This document shows, piece by piece, positions 1-9,618 of a DNA stretch of 40,000 nucleotides; position 1 is the first letter of the stretch; every line of letters begins with the position of its first letter. The stretch lies in contig NZ_PXXX01000022.1 of NCBI RefSeq assembly GCF_003367505.1, positions 17,625 to 57,624 of the forward strand. Reading direction: 5' to 3'. Origin of the DNA: Lysinibacillus capsici (GTDB taxonomy: Bacteria; Bacillota; Bacilli; Bacillales_A; Planococcaceae). The position numbers and the translations under genes were made by a program. Below the pieces are notes generated by a model. The model was not told the origin of the DNA and did not search any database. It saw only the letters and a program-made list of their open reading frames with translations.

Positions 1-366
1 ATGAGAGTCTACTACGCTAGTATGACGGGAAATGTCCGACGATTCATCCAAAAAACTGGATTAGATACAACTGACATTTCATGTAATCCAAATCCGAAAG
101 AGCCGTTTGTACTCGTCACATACACTTTCGGATTTGGCGCAGTACCAAAAGAAGTTGACGCTTGGTTGACGCAAAATTATAAGTTATTAAAAGGGGTAGC
201 TGTTAGTGGTAATCGTAACTGGGGCGATAACTACGGAAAAGCTGGTGACTTAATAGCTCGAAAATATAACGTACCTCTATTACACAAATTCGAGTTAGCA
301 GGTACAGACGAAGATGTACAAATTTTTAACGAAAGGTTGCTGATGGTTTGCGATACTACGAATTAA
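1..366 (+). CDS. nrdI: NrdI flavodoxin-like protein (class Ib RNR accessory)
   Basis: N-terminus MRVYYASMTGNVRRF fits the NrdI Y-x-S-x-TGN pattern. It overlaps the nrdE start in the usual nrdI-nrdE-nrdF order. The ATG is at the window edge. Confidence 0.85.
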   Translation: MRVYYASMTGNVRRFIQKTGLDTTDISCNPNPKEPFVLVTYTFGFGAVPKEVDAWLTQNYKLLKGVAVSGNRNWGDNYGKAGDLIARKYNVPLLHKFELAGTDEDVQIFNERLLMVCDTTN

Positions 367-2429
367 ATAACGAAATAATGCTACAAGGCGATAAAGATAT
401 TTACCAATATGAAAAAGATCAAGAAGCTACACGCGCTTATTTTTTGGATTACGTTAATAAAAAGACAATGTTTTTCCATAACTTACGTGAAAAACTTAAT
501 TACTTATTTGAAAACAATTATTACGAACAAGAATTATTCGATCAATACACATTTGAACAAGTAAAAGCAGTCTATAAACGTGCTTATGCAAAGAAATTCC
601 GTTTTCCTTCTTTCATGTCCGCGTACAAGTTTTATAATGACTATGCGTTAAAGACAGATGATGGAGAATGTATTTTAGAACGTTATGAGGACCGAGTTGC
701 AGTAAATGCTTTATTCTTTGCGAAAGGTGATCCGCAAAAGGCGATTGATTACGCGGACTTGCTTATCGAACAAGAATATCAACCAGCGACACCAACATTC
801 TTAAATGTTGGACGAAAACGTAGAGGCGAATTAGTGTCTTGCTTCTTAACAGAGGTAGGTGACAGTTTAAATGATATTAATATGGCGGAATCAACTGCAA
901 AACAACTCTCGAAGTTAGGCGGTGGCGTCTCATTAAACTTATCTAATATCCGCGCCAAAGGTGAAGCCATTAAGGGCATTAAAAACGTTGCTAAAGGCGT
1001 CGTAGGCGTTATGAAAATGCTTGACCATGCTTTCCGGTATGCAGATCAAATGGGTACAAGACAAGGTGCTGGAGCAGTTTATTTAAATGTATTCCACGCA
1101 GACATTAACGATTTTCTTGATACGAAAAAAATTAGTGCTGATGAAGATGTAAGAGTAAAAACACTATCTATTGGCGTTGTTATCCCAGATAAGTTTATTG
1201 AACTTGCTCGTGATAACAAACCAGCATATGTTTTTTATCCACATACTGTTGAGAAAGCAACAGGCGAACGGTTCTCCGATATTGACATATCAGCACGATA
1301 TGACGAATTAGTAACTAATTCTGCAATCCGAAAAGACCGTGTTAATCCTCGTCAATTGCTTGAAAAGATTGCAGCATTACGCTTTGAGTCTGGCTATCCG
1401 TATATCATGTTTAGCGACAATGTAAATAAAACACATGCTTTAAATGGCACGATAAAATTCTCTAATCTATGTAGTGAGATACTGCAACGATCTGAACAAT
1501 CTACTTATACAGATTACGGACAACAAGATGAAATAGGGTTAGATATTTCTTGTAATTTAGGGTCGTTAAATATTGCGAATATCATGCGATTAAAAGACTT
1601 CGAACGTGCAGTATCATTAGCAACAGATGCCTTAACAGTTGTGTCAGAATCAACGAATATTGCTAATGCTCCAGCAGTTTCAAAAGCCAATAAGGAAATG
1701 CGTTCAATTGGTTTAGGAGCTATGAATTTACATGGTTATCTTGCGAGTGTAGGTATTAGTTACGAAAGTCCAGAGGCGATCGAATTTGTAGATGTATTTT
1801 TTGCAGCAGTCAACTATTACTCTATTAAACGATCAATGGAATTGGCAAAACAAAAAGGGTCTGTATTTACTGGGTTTGAACAATCGAGTTATGCAGATGG
1901 TAGTTACTTTAAATCCTACTTAAACAATAGTTATTTGCTAAAAGACGAGTATATCAAATCATTATTTGACGGGATCGTGCTACCAACAACGGAGGACTGG
2001 CTAGAGTTAGCTTCTGATGTAGCTAAGTATGGCTTATATAATGCTTATCGCCTTGCAATTGCTCCAACAGGTTCAATAAGCTACGTACAATCAGCGACAG
2101 CAAGTGTTATGCCGATTATGGAACGGATTGAAGAACGTACTTATGGCAATTCAAAGACATACTACCCGATGCCTAACCTCTCTTATAAAACGTGGGCTTA
2201 CTACAAAGAGGCGTATGAAATGGACATGCGCAAAGTCGTCGATTTAATTGCAACGATTCAACGCCATATAGATCAAGGCATTAGTTTTACGTTATTCTTA
2301 CGTGACACAATGACAACACGCGATTTAACAAAGATTGATTTATATGCGCATCACAAAGGAATTAAGACGCTTTACTATGCACGAACAAAAGATACGGGCG
2401 CAGATATTTGTCTAGCGTGTCAAGTTTAA
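348..2429 (+). CDS. nrdE: Ribonucleotide reductase class Ib alpha subunit
   Basis: 693 aa, colinear with Bacillus NrdE as I recall it (FRFPSFMSAYKFYNDYALKT, QPATPTFLNVGRKRRGELVSCFL, NLCSEI, APTGSISYVQSATASVMPI, C-terminal CLACQV). TTG start. Uninterrupted, with no intron or intein. Confidence 0.95.
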   Translation: MRYYELNNEIMLQGDKDIYQYEKDQEATRAYFLDYVNKKTMFFHNLREKLNYLFENNYYEQELFDQYTFEQVKAVYKRAYAKKFRFPSFMSAYKFYNDYALKTDDGECILERYEDRVAVNALFFAKGDPQKAIDYADLLIEQEYQPATPTFLNVGRKRRGELVSCFLTEVGDSLNDINMAESTAKQLSKLGGGVSLNLSNIRAKGEAIKGIKNVAKGVVGVMKMLDHAFRYADQMGTRQGAGAVYLNVFHADINDFLDTKKISADEDVRVKTLSIGVVIPDKFIELARDNKPAYVFYPHTVEKATGERFSDIDISARYDELVTNSAIRKDRVNPRQLLEKIAALRFESGYPYIMFSDNVNKTHALNGTIKFSNLCSEILQRSEQSTYTDYGQQDEIGLDISCNLGSLNIANIMRLKDFERAVSLATDALTVVSESTNIANAPAVSKANKEMRSIGLGAMNLHGYLASVGISYESPEAIEFVDVFFAAVNYYSIKRSMELAKQKGSVFTGFEQSSYADGSYFKSYLNNSYLLKDEYIKSLFDGIVLPTTEDWLELASDVAKYGLYNAYRLAIAPTGSISYVQSATASVMPIMERIEERTYGNSKTYYPMPNLSYKTWAYYKEAYEMDMRKVVDLIATIQRHIDQGISFTLFLRDTMTTRDLTKIDLYAHHKGIKTLYYARTKDTGADICLACQV

Positions 2430-2441
2430 GGAGGATTCTAC

Positions 2442-3401
2442 ATGACTATTTATACGGCTGCGAACTATGCGGTAGATGACGACTCATTTACCCAGGCTTT
2501 TTTAAAGCAGAATCATTCACAATTCTGGCTACCCGAAGAAATATCGCTAACACCCGATTTATTGACTTGGAAAGCTCTTTCAAAAGAAGAACAAAAAGCA
2601 TATATGCGTGTACTTGGAGGATTGACTTTACTTGATACAGAACAAGGAGTTGGTATACCTCGATTAATTCCTCATATTAAAGGGCATCAACGACAAGCGT
2701 TGCTTACCTTTATGTCAGCAATGGAAAACTCGGTCCATGCCAAGTCGTACTCTAACATCTTCTTAACTTTGGCAAATCGTGAGGAAATTAAAGAAGTATT
2801 CGATTGGGTACGGGAAAATCAGTATTTGCAAACAAAAGCTGACGTTATTGTGACGCAATATAAGGCAATCAAAAACAATGATGATATTTCACTTTATAAG
2901 GCGCTAGTTTCGTCAGTATTCCTTGAATCGTTCTTATTTTACAGTGGTTTCTACTACCCACTGTATATGTACGGACAAGGAAAATTAATGCAGGCTGGGG
3001 AGATCATAAACTTAATTATTCGTGATGAAAGCATACATGGTGTCTATGTCGGTTTATTAGCGCAAGAAATCTATAACCGACACTCATCAGATGTACAAAG
3101 CGAATTGTCTGCGTGGGTACATGAGACACTCGAAAAGCTATATCAGAACGAGGCGTTATATACAGCAGACATTTATGATGATGTCGGTTTGACATACGAT
3201 GTACTTAATTTCGTTCAGTACAACGCAAATAAGGCATTATCTAACTTAGGATTTGACGCTTATTACACACATGACAACTTTAATCCAATCGTTTTAAACG
3301 GACTATCAACGAAAACAAAATCGCATGATTTCTTTTCAATGAAAGGTAATGGGTATAAAAAAGCAACTGTCGAACCAATTCAAGACTCGGACTTCTATTA
3401 G
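2442..3401 (+). CDS. nrdF: Ribonucleotide reductase class Ib beta subunit
   Basis: 319 aa with metal-ligand motifs ([21 protein letters not shown]) and a C-terminal acidic DSDFY tail. SD ggagg lies upstream. Confidence 0.95.
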   Translation: MTIYTAANYAVDDDSFTQAFLKQNHSQFWLPEEISLTPDLLTWKALSKEEQKAYMRVLGGLTLLDTEQGVGIPRLIPHIKGHQRQALLTFMSAMENSVHAKSYSNIFLTLANREEIKEVFDWVRENQYLQTKADVIVTQYKAIKNNDDISLYKALVSSVFLESFLFYSGFYYPLYMYGQGKLMQAGEIINLIIRDESIHGVYVGLLAQEIYNRHSSDVQSELSAWVHETLEKLYQNEALYTADIYDDVGLTYDVLNFVQYNANKALSNLGFDAYYTHDNFNPIVLNGLSTKTKSHDFFSMKGNGYKKATVEPIQDSDFY

Positions 3402-3415
3402 AAAGGAACGATTCT

Positions 3416-3670
3416 ATGGTAAAAGACATCGAGCATCCCGATATAACGCACGCATTGCGAACAGGCCATGATCGGGAAACCTGGCGTAATATACAAAACG
3501 CAAAGCTGCTTACGGAATCAGTACCACGTGATTATTACGGAGACATTATTGACTTAAAGAACGACCATTACGTCGTGATTCCGACAGGCTATAAGATATT
3601 GCACAGTAACTTACAACGTTATTTGGAAGAAAGAAAAGGCTTCGAATTTAATTACGTATTCAGCGATTAG
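3416..3670 (+). CDS. Hypothetical small protein (possibly YqaI-like)
   Basis: 84 aa ORF tightly packed in the operon. The C-terminal pattern YYGD..(D)HYV.....L...LQRYLEE..GFEF resembles the skin/PBSX-type small protein YqaI, from memory only. Confidence 0.55.
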   Translation: MVKDIEHPDITHALRTGHDRETWRNIQNAKLLTESVPRDYYGDIIDLKNDHYVVIPTGYKILHSNLQRYLEERKGFEFNYVFSD

Positions 3671-3681
3671 GAGGAAAACAC

Positions 3682-4335
3682 ATGGGACTGCCTAAAGATA
3701 CGATGTTATACGGATTTGCTGAAAAATTGACGCGAGAACAATGTGAGTATGTCGATAGTATTTTTGATAATCAAGTAACGATTGTAAACGCAAAGGCTGG
3801 GAGTGGTAAGACTACACTTGCAGTTGCCTGCGCAGCACTACTCGGAAAACCTCTCGTATATATTTTCGCTCCAGTCGAGGAAGGCAAGATGGGTTTTCGT
3901 CCAGGTACTCAACGTGATAAAGAAGCTGAATACTATCAACCATTAATTGACGCTCTATATGAAATCGGCGAGAATCCGTCAAAAGTAATCTATGATGCTG
4001 AAAATATCGAAGCACAAAAGCGTGGCGACGTTTGGGTGTATCCTCGGAGTCACATCTTCGCTCGCGGGACGAATATCAAGGATTCGACGGTGATTATAGC
4101 TGAGGCCCAGAATTTTACGCGAGGTGAACTTAAAAAGGTCCTTACGCGAATTCATGATAGCTGTACGGTAATTATCGAAGGACATGACGGCCAGAACGAC
4201 TTGCCAAATCCGAATAAGAGTGGATTTGTACCGTATATCGAACATTTAGCAGCTTATGAATTTGTAAATGTCGTGCGGTTAAAGAAGAACTTCCGAGGTC
4301 GTTTATCGACTATTGCGGATGAAATGACTTGGTAG
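3682..4335 (+). CDS. PhoH-like ATPase
   Basis: Walker A GSGKTTLA, Walker B-like VIIAEAQN, 217 aa, typical phage PhoH size. SD aggagg lies upstream. Confidence 0.85.
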   Translation: MGLPKDTMLYGFAEKLTREQCEYVDSIFDNQVTIVNAKAGSGKTTLAVACAALLGKPLVYIFAPVEEGKMGFRPGTQRDKEAEYYQPLIDALYEIGENPSKVIYDAENIEAQKRGDVWVYPRSHIFARGTNIKDSTVIIAEAQNFTRGELKKVLTRIHDSCTVIIEGHDGQNDLPNPNKSGFVPYIEHLAAYEFVNVVRLKKNFRGRLSTIADEMTW

Positions 4336-4347
4336 GAGGGGATTTCA

Positions 4348-4560
4348 ATGAAACGGTATACAATTGGCTTAAACGTAAACGATTCGTCAGAATTATTACA
4401 AGCAGCTACGGACATTCAAGCGTTCATTGATACGTTAGGTGTCGCAAGTGAGCTAGACATACAAGTGAGTGTTAATCCGTTATTGTCACAATCTGAAAAT
4501 ACTAACGTTATCGGGTTTGCGATGAAAACTGAGGAAGATTACGAGGAGGATGAAGAGTAA
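4348..4560 (+). CDS. Hypothetical acidic protein
   Basis: 70 aa ORF with SD (aggagggg) and an acidic C-terminus EEDYEEDEE. Its stop overlaps the next start. Confidence 0.55.
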   Translation: MKRYTIGLNVNDSSELLQAATDIQAFIDTLGVASELDIQVSVNPLLSQSENTNVIGFAMKTEEDYEEDEE

Positions 4561-4973
4561 TGAACGAACAACAAGCACAAAAAATCGAGAGAGTGGCAAA
4601 AATGTCGCCAATTAACGATAAACTAACAGAAATGTATGATATGCAAACGAAACTAGACCAACGCATTATTACCGAGCGAGGTATATCAAAAACGACTGAC
4701 GAGTGGGTGGTCGGATTAACTATCGCAATGGAATCTGAGATTGACGAGATTCGTCGCGAGGTTAATTGGCGTTGGTGGAAAAATAGTAAGCCGATTGATC
4801 AAACTGCTTTGCAAGAAGAAATCGTGGACGTGTGGCACTTCTTATTATCTCTTTCTAGAGTAGTCGGAATGTCTCCGGACGATATTCATCGCATTTACAT
4901 GGAAAAGAACGCTGAAAATCACGCAAGGCAAAGTGGTACTAGCGAAAAGGAAGGGTATGAGGTATCGAAATGA
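4560..4973 (+). CDS. Dimeric (all-alpha) dUTPase / MazG-like NTP pyrophosphatase
   Basis: Motifs ESEIDEIRREVNWRWWK and EEIVDVWHFLLSLS are typical of dimeric dUTPases of Firmicute phages. Confidence 0.75.
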   Translation: MNEQQAQKIERVAKMSPINDKLTEMYDMQTKLDQRIITERGISKTTDEWVVGLTIAMESEIDEIRREVNWRWWKNSKPIDQTALQEEIVDVWHFLLSLSRVVGMSPDDIHRIYMEKNAENHARQSGTSEKEGYEVSK

Positions 4974-5344
4974 GTGGATGTCCGAATGAATTCGGTATTT
5001 ACAGCAGAATGGTGACTTTAAAAATGCCAAATCATCTCTTTAAAAAGAACGGTGGGTACTATGTTGATAAAACGGAGTGCGATATTGACCAATGTTTAGT
5101 TGATGAAATCCGATTCTTATGGAGTAAAGGAGTTGTCACAACAGGTTCTTGTTGTGGACATGGAATAAATCAAGGAATGATTAATGTGTTAGAGTCAAGC
5201 GTAAATAAAATGATTGAATTAGGTTATGAATTACTAGACATTCCAGAGCCTTTCTGGAAATATTCGTTTATACCAAAATCTAAACACAAACAGGAGAAAC
5301 TCAATGACGAAAATCGAACGCAAAATAAACGTACTAGACGATAA
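4970..5344 (+). CDS. Hypothetical Cys/His-rich protein
   Basis: 124 aa with the motif TGSCCGHG. It overlaps the thyX-like start by 41 nt. No family recognised. Confidence 0.55.
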   Translation: MSGCPNEFGIYSRMVTLKMPNHLFKKNGGYYVDKTECDIDQCLVDEIRFLWSKGVVTTGSCCGHGINQGMINVLESSVNKMIELGYELLDIPEPFWKYSFIPKSKHKQEKLNDENRTQNKRTRR

Positions 5345-6032
5345 AGGGTATGTAATGATCCACGATGTACTTGGAACAGATTTAACGGTAGCAAATGCGG
5401 CTCGCGTAAGTTACGCAAAGAAGTCCGCAACATTGACCGATGGTGATAAGCGATTAATAGACTTTCTAGCGCGGGAGGGGCATACTTCGCCCTTCCGCCA
5501 CGTGATCGCACAATTCGAATTTAATGCGCCATTGATGGTCGCTAGGCAACATTGGAAATACGTTGTAGGATCGTCAATGCTCGAAGCTACTGGAGATAAT
5601 ATGGATGCTTGGAACGAATCGAGTCGTCGTTATGTAACGGAAGAACCGACATTCTACGTACCACAGCCATATGAATGGCGATCAGCACCAGAAAACAGTA
5701 AACAAGGTTCAGGCGATATAGTTCGTTTTGAAATTGGAGAATCTGCAACAAGTGCGCTCATACAACATGTTGATGTATGCATTAAATTGTACGAGGACGC
5801 TATTTCTAGCGGAATTTGTGCTGAGCAAGCACGCCTATTCTTGCCAGCATACGGAATGTACGTTAAATACTACTGGACAGCATCGTTACAAAGCGTCTGT
5901 CACTTCCTAAATCAGCGTTTAGCTCATGATTCTCAAGTTGAGATACAAATGTATGCGAAGGCAGTTCTTGAACTTATAAAACCGCATTTTCCGATCAGTG
6001 TTGAAAAATTAGTATCGGAGACTTCCGAATGA
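5304..6032 (+). CDS. thyX: ThyX-like flavin-dependent thymidylate synthase homologue (divergent active-site motif)
   Basis: Colinear with ThyX (GHTSPFRH, APLMVARQ, NESSRRY, ASLQSVCHFLNQRLAHDSQVEIQMYA). The canonical RHR position reads KYV and is followed by a ~13-aa insertion. SD caggag lies 7 nt upstream. Confidence 0.8.
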   Translation: MTKIERKINVLDDKGYVMIHDVLGTDLTVANAARVSYAKKSATLTDGDKRLIDFLAREGHTSPFRHVIAQFEFNAPLMVARQHWKYVVGSSMLEATGDNMDAWNESSRRYVTEEPTFYVPQPYEWRSAPENSKQGSGDIVRFEIGESATSALIQHVDVCIKLYEDAISSGICAEQARLFLPAYGMYVKYYWTASLQSVCHFLNQRLAHDSQVEIQMYAKAVLELIKPHFPISVEKLVSETSE

Positions 6033-6703
6033 AAAAACTATACGCGTCAGCTATGGCGCTACTCATCGCTGTTACTTTATTTATCTACTTATATAAACCA
6101 CAAGATCATGAACAGCTTTCCGAAAGTCCCACCGTACGCAATTTAGAACACGTAGAATACAATGGATTTAACGCAATATACACGCAAGTTCTTGAAAAGA
6201 AACGCCTACAAGCCGAATCAGAACGAAAAAAGAAACGTCAACAGGCGTTAGAAGAAGCACATAGACTATACCACGCTAAGATTGCAGAGGAAAAGCGTAC
6301 AAGGCAAGAAGAAAAAAGACGAAATGAACTAAAACGAAAAACACAAGAACAAGTAAGTCGAAATGACGACGTTCAACTGACGCAATTATCGATGATAGCA
6401 ACGCACTACACGTCGACATGTAATGGGTGTTCTGGAATAACTGCCACTGGCTATGATGTGCGCCAAACCATATATGCCGAAGGATTAAGAGTGATTGCAG
6501 TTGATCCGCGAGTGATTCCACTAGGTTCAATAGTGCGCATTGATTACCCTAATGGTACTTCGTTTAAGGCTATTTGTGCTGATACAGGTGGGGCAATTAA
6601 AGGACATAAGATTGATGTACTTGTTTCAAACATTAATGAGGCTTACTCATTAGGAAAACAAACAGTAACAGTAACTATACTTAAAAACGGAAAGGGACGA
6701 TGA
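6029..6703 (+). CDS. Membrane-anchored 3D-domain protein (MltA/YuiC-like cell-wall-binding or lytic fold)
   Basis: N-terminal TM segment and a K/R/E-rich coiled coil. The C-terminus THYTSTCNGCSGITATGYDV...VIAVDPRVIPLGS...CADTGGAIKGHKIDV is typical of the 3D domain. Confidence 0.8.
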   Translation: MKKLYASAMALLIAVTLFIYLYKPQDHEQLSESPTVRNLEHVEYNGFNAIYTQVLEKKRLQAESERKKKRQQALEEAHRLYHAKIAEEKRTRQEEKRRNELKRKTQEQVSRNDDVQLTQLSMIATHYTSTCNGCSGITATGYDVRQTIYAEGLRVIAVDPRVIPLGSIVRIDYPNGTSFKAICADTGGAIKGHKIDVLVSNINEAYSLGKQTVTVTILKNGKGR

Positions 6704-6706
6704 TAC

Positions 6707-7183
6707 ATGGTAAAAGCACAGGAAGGCGATTTGATTCGAATTGTTTCAGTACCAGAAGATTGGTCGTACGATGTTGGAGGAATTTATGAGGTAATTAGTA
6801 TTTCAAACGAAGGCTATCCTCGATTTTACATCGATGATACCGAAGATATTTATTATGCACTACCTGGACAGTATATGATTCATCGCAAAGCTGGCGAAGA
6901 AGATGATCGAGACAAATTAATACCAAGAGAAGTCGCAATTAAAAACGCTGCAGACGCTTTAGGCGACTTAATAATCCGTAAAAATCACGATTACGGAGAT
7001 AGTTTCTCGCAACAGTACGATAAATACGGACTTATGAGCGCTTTAATCCGAATGGATGATAAACTGCGTAGGTTAGAGACTTTACAGGGCGGAGACAAAG
7101 CGAAAGTCAGCGAAAGCATTTCGGATACCCTCTTAGATTTAGCTGGATATGCATTGTTGACATATGTAGAGACGCAGAAATAA
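6707..7183 (+). CDS. DUF1599-like (all-alpha NTP-PPase-related) protein with an N-terminal small beta domain
   Basis: The C-terminal pattern KNHDYGDSF...YG...L.R.DDKLRRL resembles DUF1599 / nucleotide-modification-associated domains. Tentative. Confidence 0.6.
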   Translation: MVKAQEGDLIRIVSVPEDWSYDVGGIYEVISISNEGYPRFYIDDTEDIYYALPGQYMIHRKAGEEDDRDKLIPREVAIKNAADALGDLIIRKNHDYGDSFSQQYDKYGLMSALIRMDDKLRRLETLQGGDKAKVSESISDTLLDLAGYALLTYVETQK

Positions 7184-7205
7184 CGTGAATTAAATATGAT
7201 TAATA

Positions 7206-7246
7206 GCCAACCTAGCGGAATAAAGCCGTGATGGTTGGCGAGTTTT
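7206..7246 (+). terminator. Weak hairpin after the early nucleotide-metabolism operon
   Basis: GCCAACC (7206-7212) pairs with GGTTGGC (7233-7239), followed by gagttttgacgttt. The loop is long (20 nt). Confidence 0.35.
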
Positions 7247-7419
7247 GACGTTTAGGGGGACTCATTTTGGTCAGATACATTGCTCAAGATGCGTATAACC
7301 AGGCAATATACTTTTCTGGAGAAATAACTACTTGCATAACTACTAACGTAGGGAAACGTGGCAGGAACGGTATAAATATTATAGAGCTTTACGAAATAAA
7401 TGAAATGGAGGACTTTATA

Positions 7420-8928
7420 ATGCCGTATGTTAAACATAAGAAAGAAAAAGAAGAAATTATTATTAAGTCTTTCACTTACGCATCAGCATTCGCAGGTATC
7501 GGCGGCATGACTCTCGGACTTAAACCGTTAGGTGGCGAAGGAGTTATCGCATGGGAATATGATCCGACAGAAAAGCGACGCCAATACGCACAGGACGCTC
7601 ACAAACTGTTGCATCCTGAAATACCCATACATGGAGACATTTGCGAAGCTAATACAGATGAGTTACCCGACTTTGACGTATTCTGCTTTACTCCGCCATG
7701 CCAAGCGTTTTCAGTTGCTGGCAAACGAGGCGGATTCGATGATACTCGCGGTACACTCACATTTGAGGCGTTACGAATAGCACAAGCGAAAAAGCCGAAG
7801 ATTCTCTTTATGGAAAACGTTAAAGGTCTCGTAAATCATGATAAAGGGAATACGATGGGGACTATTATTCACGCGATTAATGAAATCGGCTATACAGTCG
7901 ATTTTACCGTTTTAAATTCGAAATACTTTGATGTAGCGCAGAATCGTGAACGCGTCTACTTAATCGCATTTAGAGACGATTTAATCTCGCCAGAGCCGTG
8001 GAATGACGTAAAGGGTACTACAATGCTGCCGAAAGCAAAGCGTCGTTATCAGGAAGAGGGCGCAAGAACGTTTAATTTCGATTGGCCAGAGCAAACGGAA
8101 GTACTAACTAGGTTGCGTGATTTCTTAGAGCCTATCGTCGATGAAAAGTATTATATTGACGAGGAAAAAACGGCTAAGCTAGTTGCGCAGTTAGAAGAAA
8201 AGGCGGATGGAATCGTGATTAGAGAGGCGACTAACAAGGGCTACGCCGTAGCTGCGGAGGGAGACGCCGTTAATATTCAGTTCCCTAACAGCAAAACTCG
8301 CAGAGGACGCGTGGGTAAGCAGATGGCTAATACGCTAGAGGCGAATGGGTGCAATCAAGGCGTTGTGGAGCGTATTGAACAGTTCTCTAAAGGAGACGGA
8401 ATAAGCTGTTGTATAGACGCAAATTATGCGAAAGGTACATCACCTGGAGACGTCGGTAAAGGACGTCGTACACATATCGTAGAAGATTCTCCGATAATGC
8501 TCGGTCATATCGACTTAAAAGGTCACGACGCTATTAAGAGGGTTTACAGTCCGACAGGGCAAGGCCCGACATTAACGACTATGGGCGGAGGACATCGTGA
8601 GCCAAAAATTGTAGAAGAAATTCGTCCAGTATTAACACCAGAACGCCTTGAAAAACGTCAAAATGGACGTAGATTCAAAGAGGACGGAGAAGAATCATTC
8701 ACACTCACGTCTATTGATCGACATGGCGTAGCAGTCGGAGAATATCCGAAATATCGAATCCGCAAGCTAACTCCGCGAGAGTGCCTACGTCTGCAATCCG
8801 TTCCAGAGGACATTATTGACGCTTTATCAACGCATTTTAGCGACAGTCGTTTATACCACTTTGCCGGAAATGGCCTCACAACAAAGGTAATTACAGCGAT
8901 TGGCGAACGCTTAATTAAGTATTTATAG
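7420..8928 (+). CDS. DNA (cytosine-5) methyltransferase with an enlarged, probably multi-module target recognition region
   Basis: Motif I FAGIGG, motif IV PPCQAFS, motif VI ENVKGL, motif VIII QNRERVYLI, motif IX RKLTPRECLRLQSVP, motif X GNGLT. About 290 aa lie between motifs VIII and IX. The start is taken at ATG 7420 (SD ggagga upstream), not the upstream in-frame extension from 7267. Confidence 0.9.
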   Translation: MPYVKHKKEKEEIIIKSFTYASAFAGIGGMTLGLKPLGGEGVIAWEYDPTEKRRQYAQDAHKLLHPEIPIHGDICEANTDELPDFDVFCFTPPCQAFSVAGKRGGFDDTRGTLTFEALRIAQAKKPKILFMENVKGLVNHDKGNTMGTIIHAINEIGYTVDFTVLNSKYFDVAQNRERVYLIAFRDDLISPEPWNDVKGTTMLPKAKRRYQEEGARTFNFDWPEQTEVLTRLRDFLEPIVDEKYYIDEEKTAKLVAQLEEKADGIVIREATNKGYAVAAEGDAVNIQFPNSKTRRGRVGKQMANTLEANGCNQGVVERIEQFSKGDGISCCIDANYAKGTSPGDVGKGRRTHIVEDSPIMLGHIDLKGHDAIKRVYSPTGQGPTLTTMGGGHREPKIVEEIRPVLTPERLEKRQNGRRFKEDGEESFTLTSIDRHGVAVGEYPKYRIRKLTPRECLRLQSVPEDIIDALSTHFSDSRLYHFAGNGLTTKVITAIGERLIKYL

Positions 8929-8950
8929 TGATAAAGCAGCAAGCGATTGC

Positions 8951-9544
8951 CTACTGCTTAAAGATAACGACATTCCCACTAAGTGACGCAGTATCGGCGT
9001 AAAACGTCTGTCCTTCGAATTTCTCTAAATTAAATTGGTTGAAAAGTTTGGCAGCAGTAATGTCTTTCCGATTACTTACGAAGTAACCTGCGGAACGCAT
9101 TTCTTCACTCAATGAAGGTGCAGAAGGCTTAACGATAGCAAAAGCCTGATCTACAGGATTGAACGCAATAAGGACGCGTGAACGTGGTTTAATACCTAGT
9201 TGGGATAATATATCGCCCTTTAGATATAGCCGATTACGCTTACCAACATAAATTTGTGACATACCTTTATTCGGAACAAACGTGAAGCCAGCGAGCAATT
9301 GCGCTTCTTCATCGTCAAACTCCGTTGAAGGAACGGGCTTAAAGTGATATTCGAGTGTTCGGTCAAGCTCCGCACAATATGCGTCAGCTTCTCCAGGCTC
9401 GTTAAGAGTAATCATCGGATAAAATTCGTCTTTAAATTCGATACCTGCGATGTAAGTATCTGCGACCGTATCACAATATGATCGTGCTGATTCATCGATT
9501 TTAGGCAGTAATTCATCAAGCGTATAAAATTTCGCAACAGTCAT
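8951..9544 (-). CDS. Hypothetical protein, acidic N-terminal half with an AbrB/SpoVT-like C-terminal segment (tentative)
   Basis: 197 aa. Strong SD ggagg lies 8 nt before the ATG. It has its own near-consensus sigma-A promoter. The segment RLYLKGDILSQLGIKPRSRVLIAFNPVDQAFAIVKP resembles a swapped-hairpin AbrB-type fold. Confidence 0.75.
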   Translation of the reverse strand: MTVAKFYTLDELLPKIDESARSYCDTVADTYIAGIEFKDEFYPMITLNEPGEADAYCAELDRTLEYHFKPVPSTEFDDEEAQLLAGFTFVPNKGMSQIYVGKRNRLYLKGDILSQLGIKPRSRVLIAFNPVDQAFAIVKPSAPSLSEEMRSAGYFVSNRKDITAAKLFNQFNLEKFEGQTFYADTASLSGNVVIFKQ

Positions 9545-9591
9545 AAGTCACACCTCCGTGTTTTTATATGTGAAAGAACGTCATATTTACG

Positions 9592-9618
9592 TTTTTGATA
9601 AGGATATTATATCAAAAA
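9592..9618. promoter_or_regulatory. 9-bp inverted repeat overlapping the -10/TSS of the minus-strand promoter (operator candidate)
   Basis: TTTTTGATA (9592-9600), 9 nt, TATCAAAAA (9610-9618). Confidence 0.4.

Noticed and set aside
348-3401. Introns or inteins in nrdE/nrdF, as in SPbeta-type phages
   Set aside because: Both ORFs are continuous, of normal length, and colinear with the uninterrupted Bacillus proteins.
7267-7419. N-terminal 51-codon extension of the methyltransferase ORF
   Set aside because: It has no SD at 7267 and its sequence is unrelated to MTases. ATG 7420 has ggagga upstream and leaves a normal distance to motif I.
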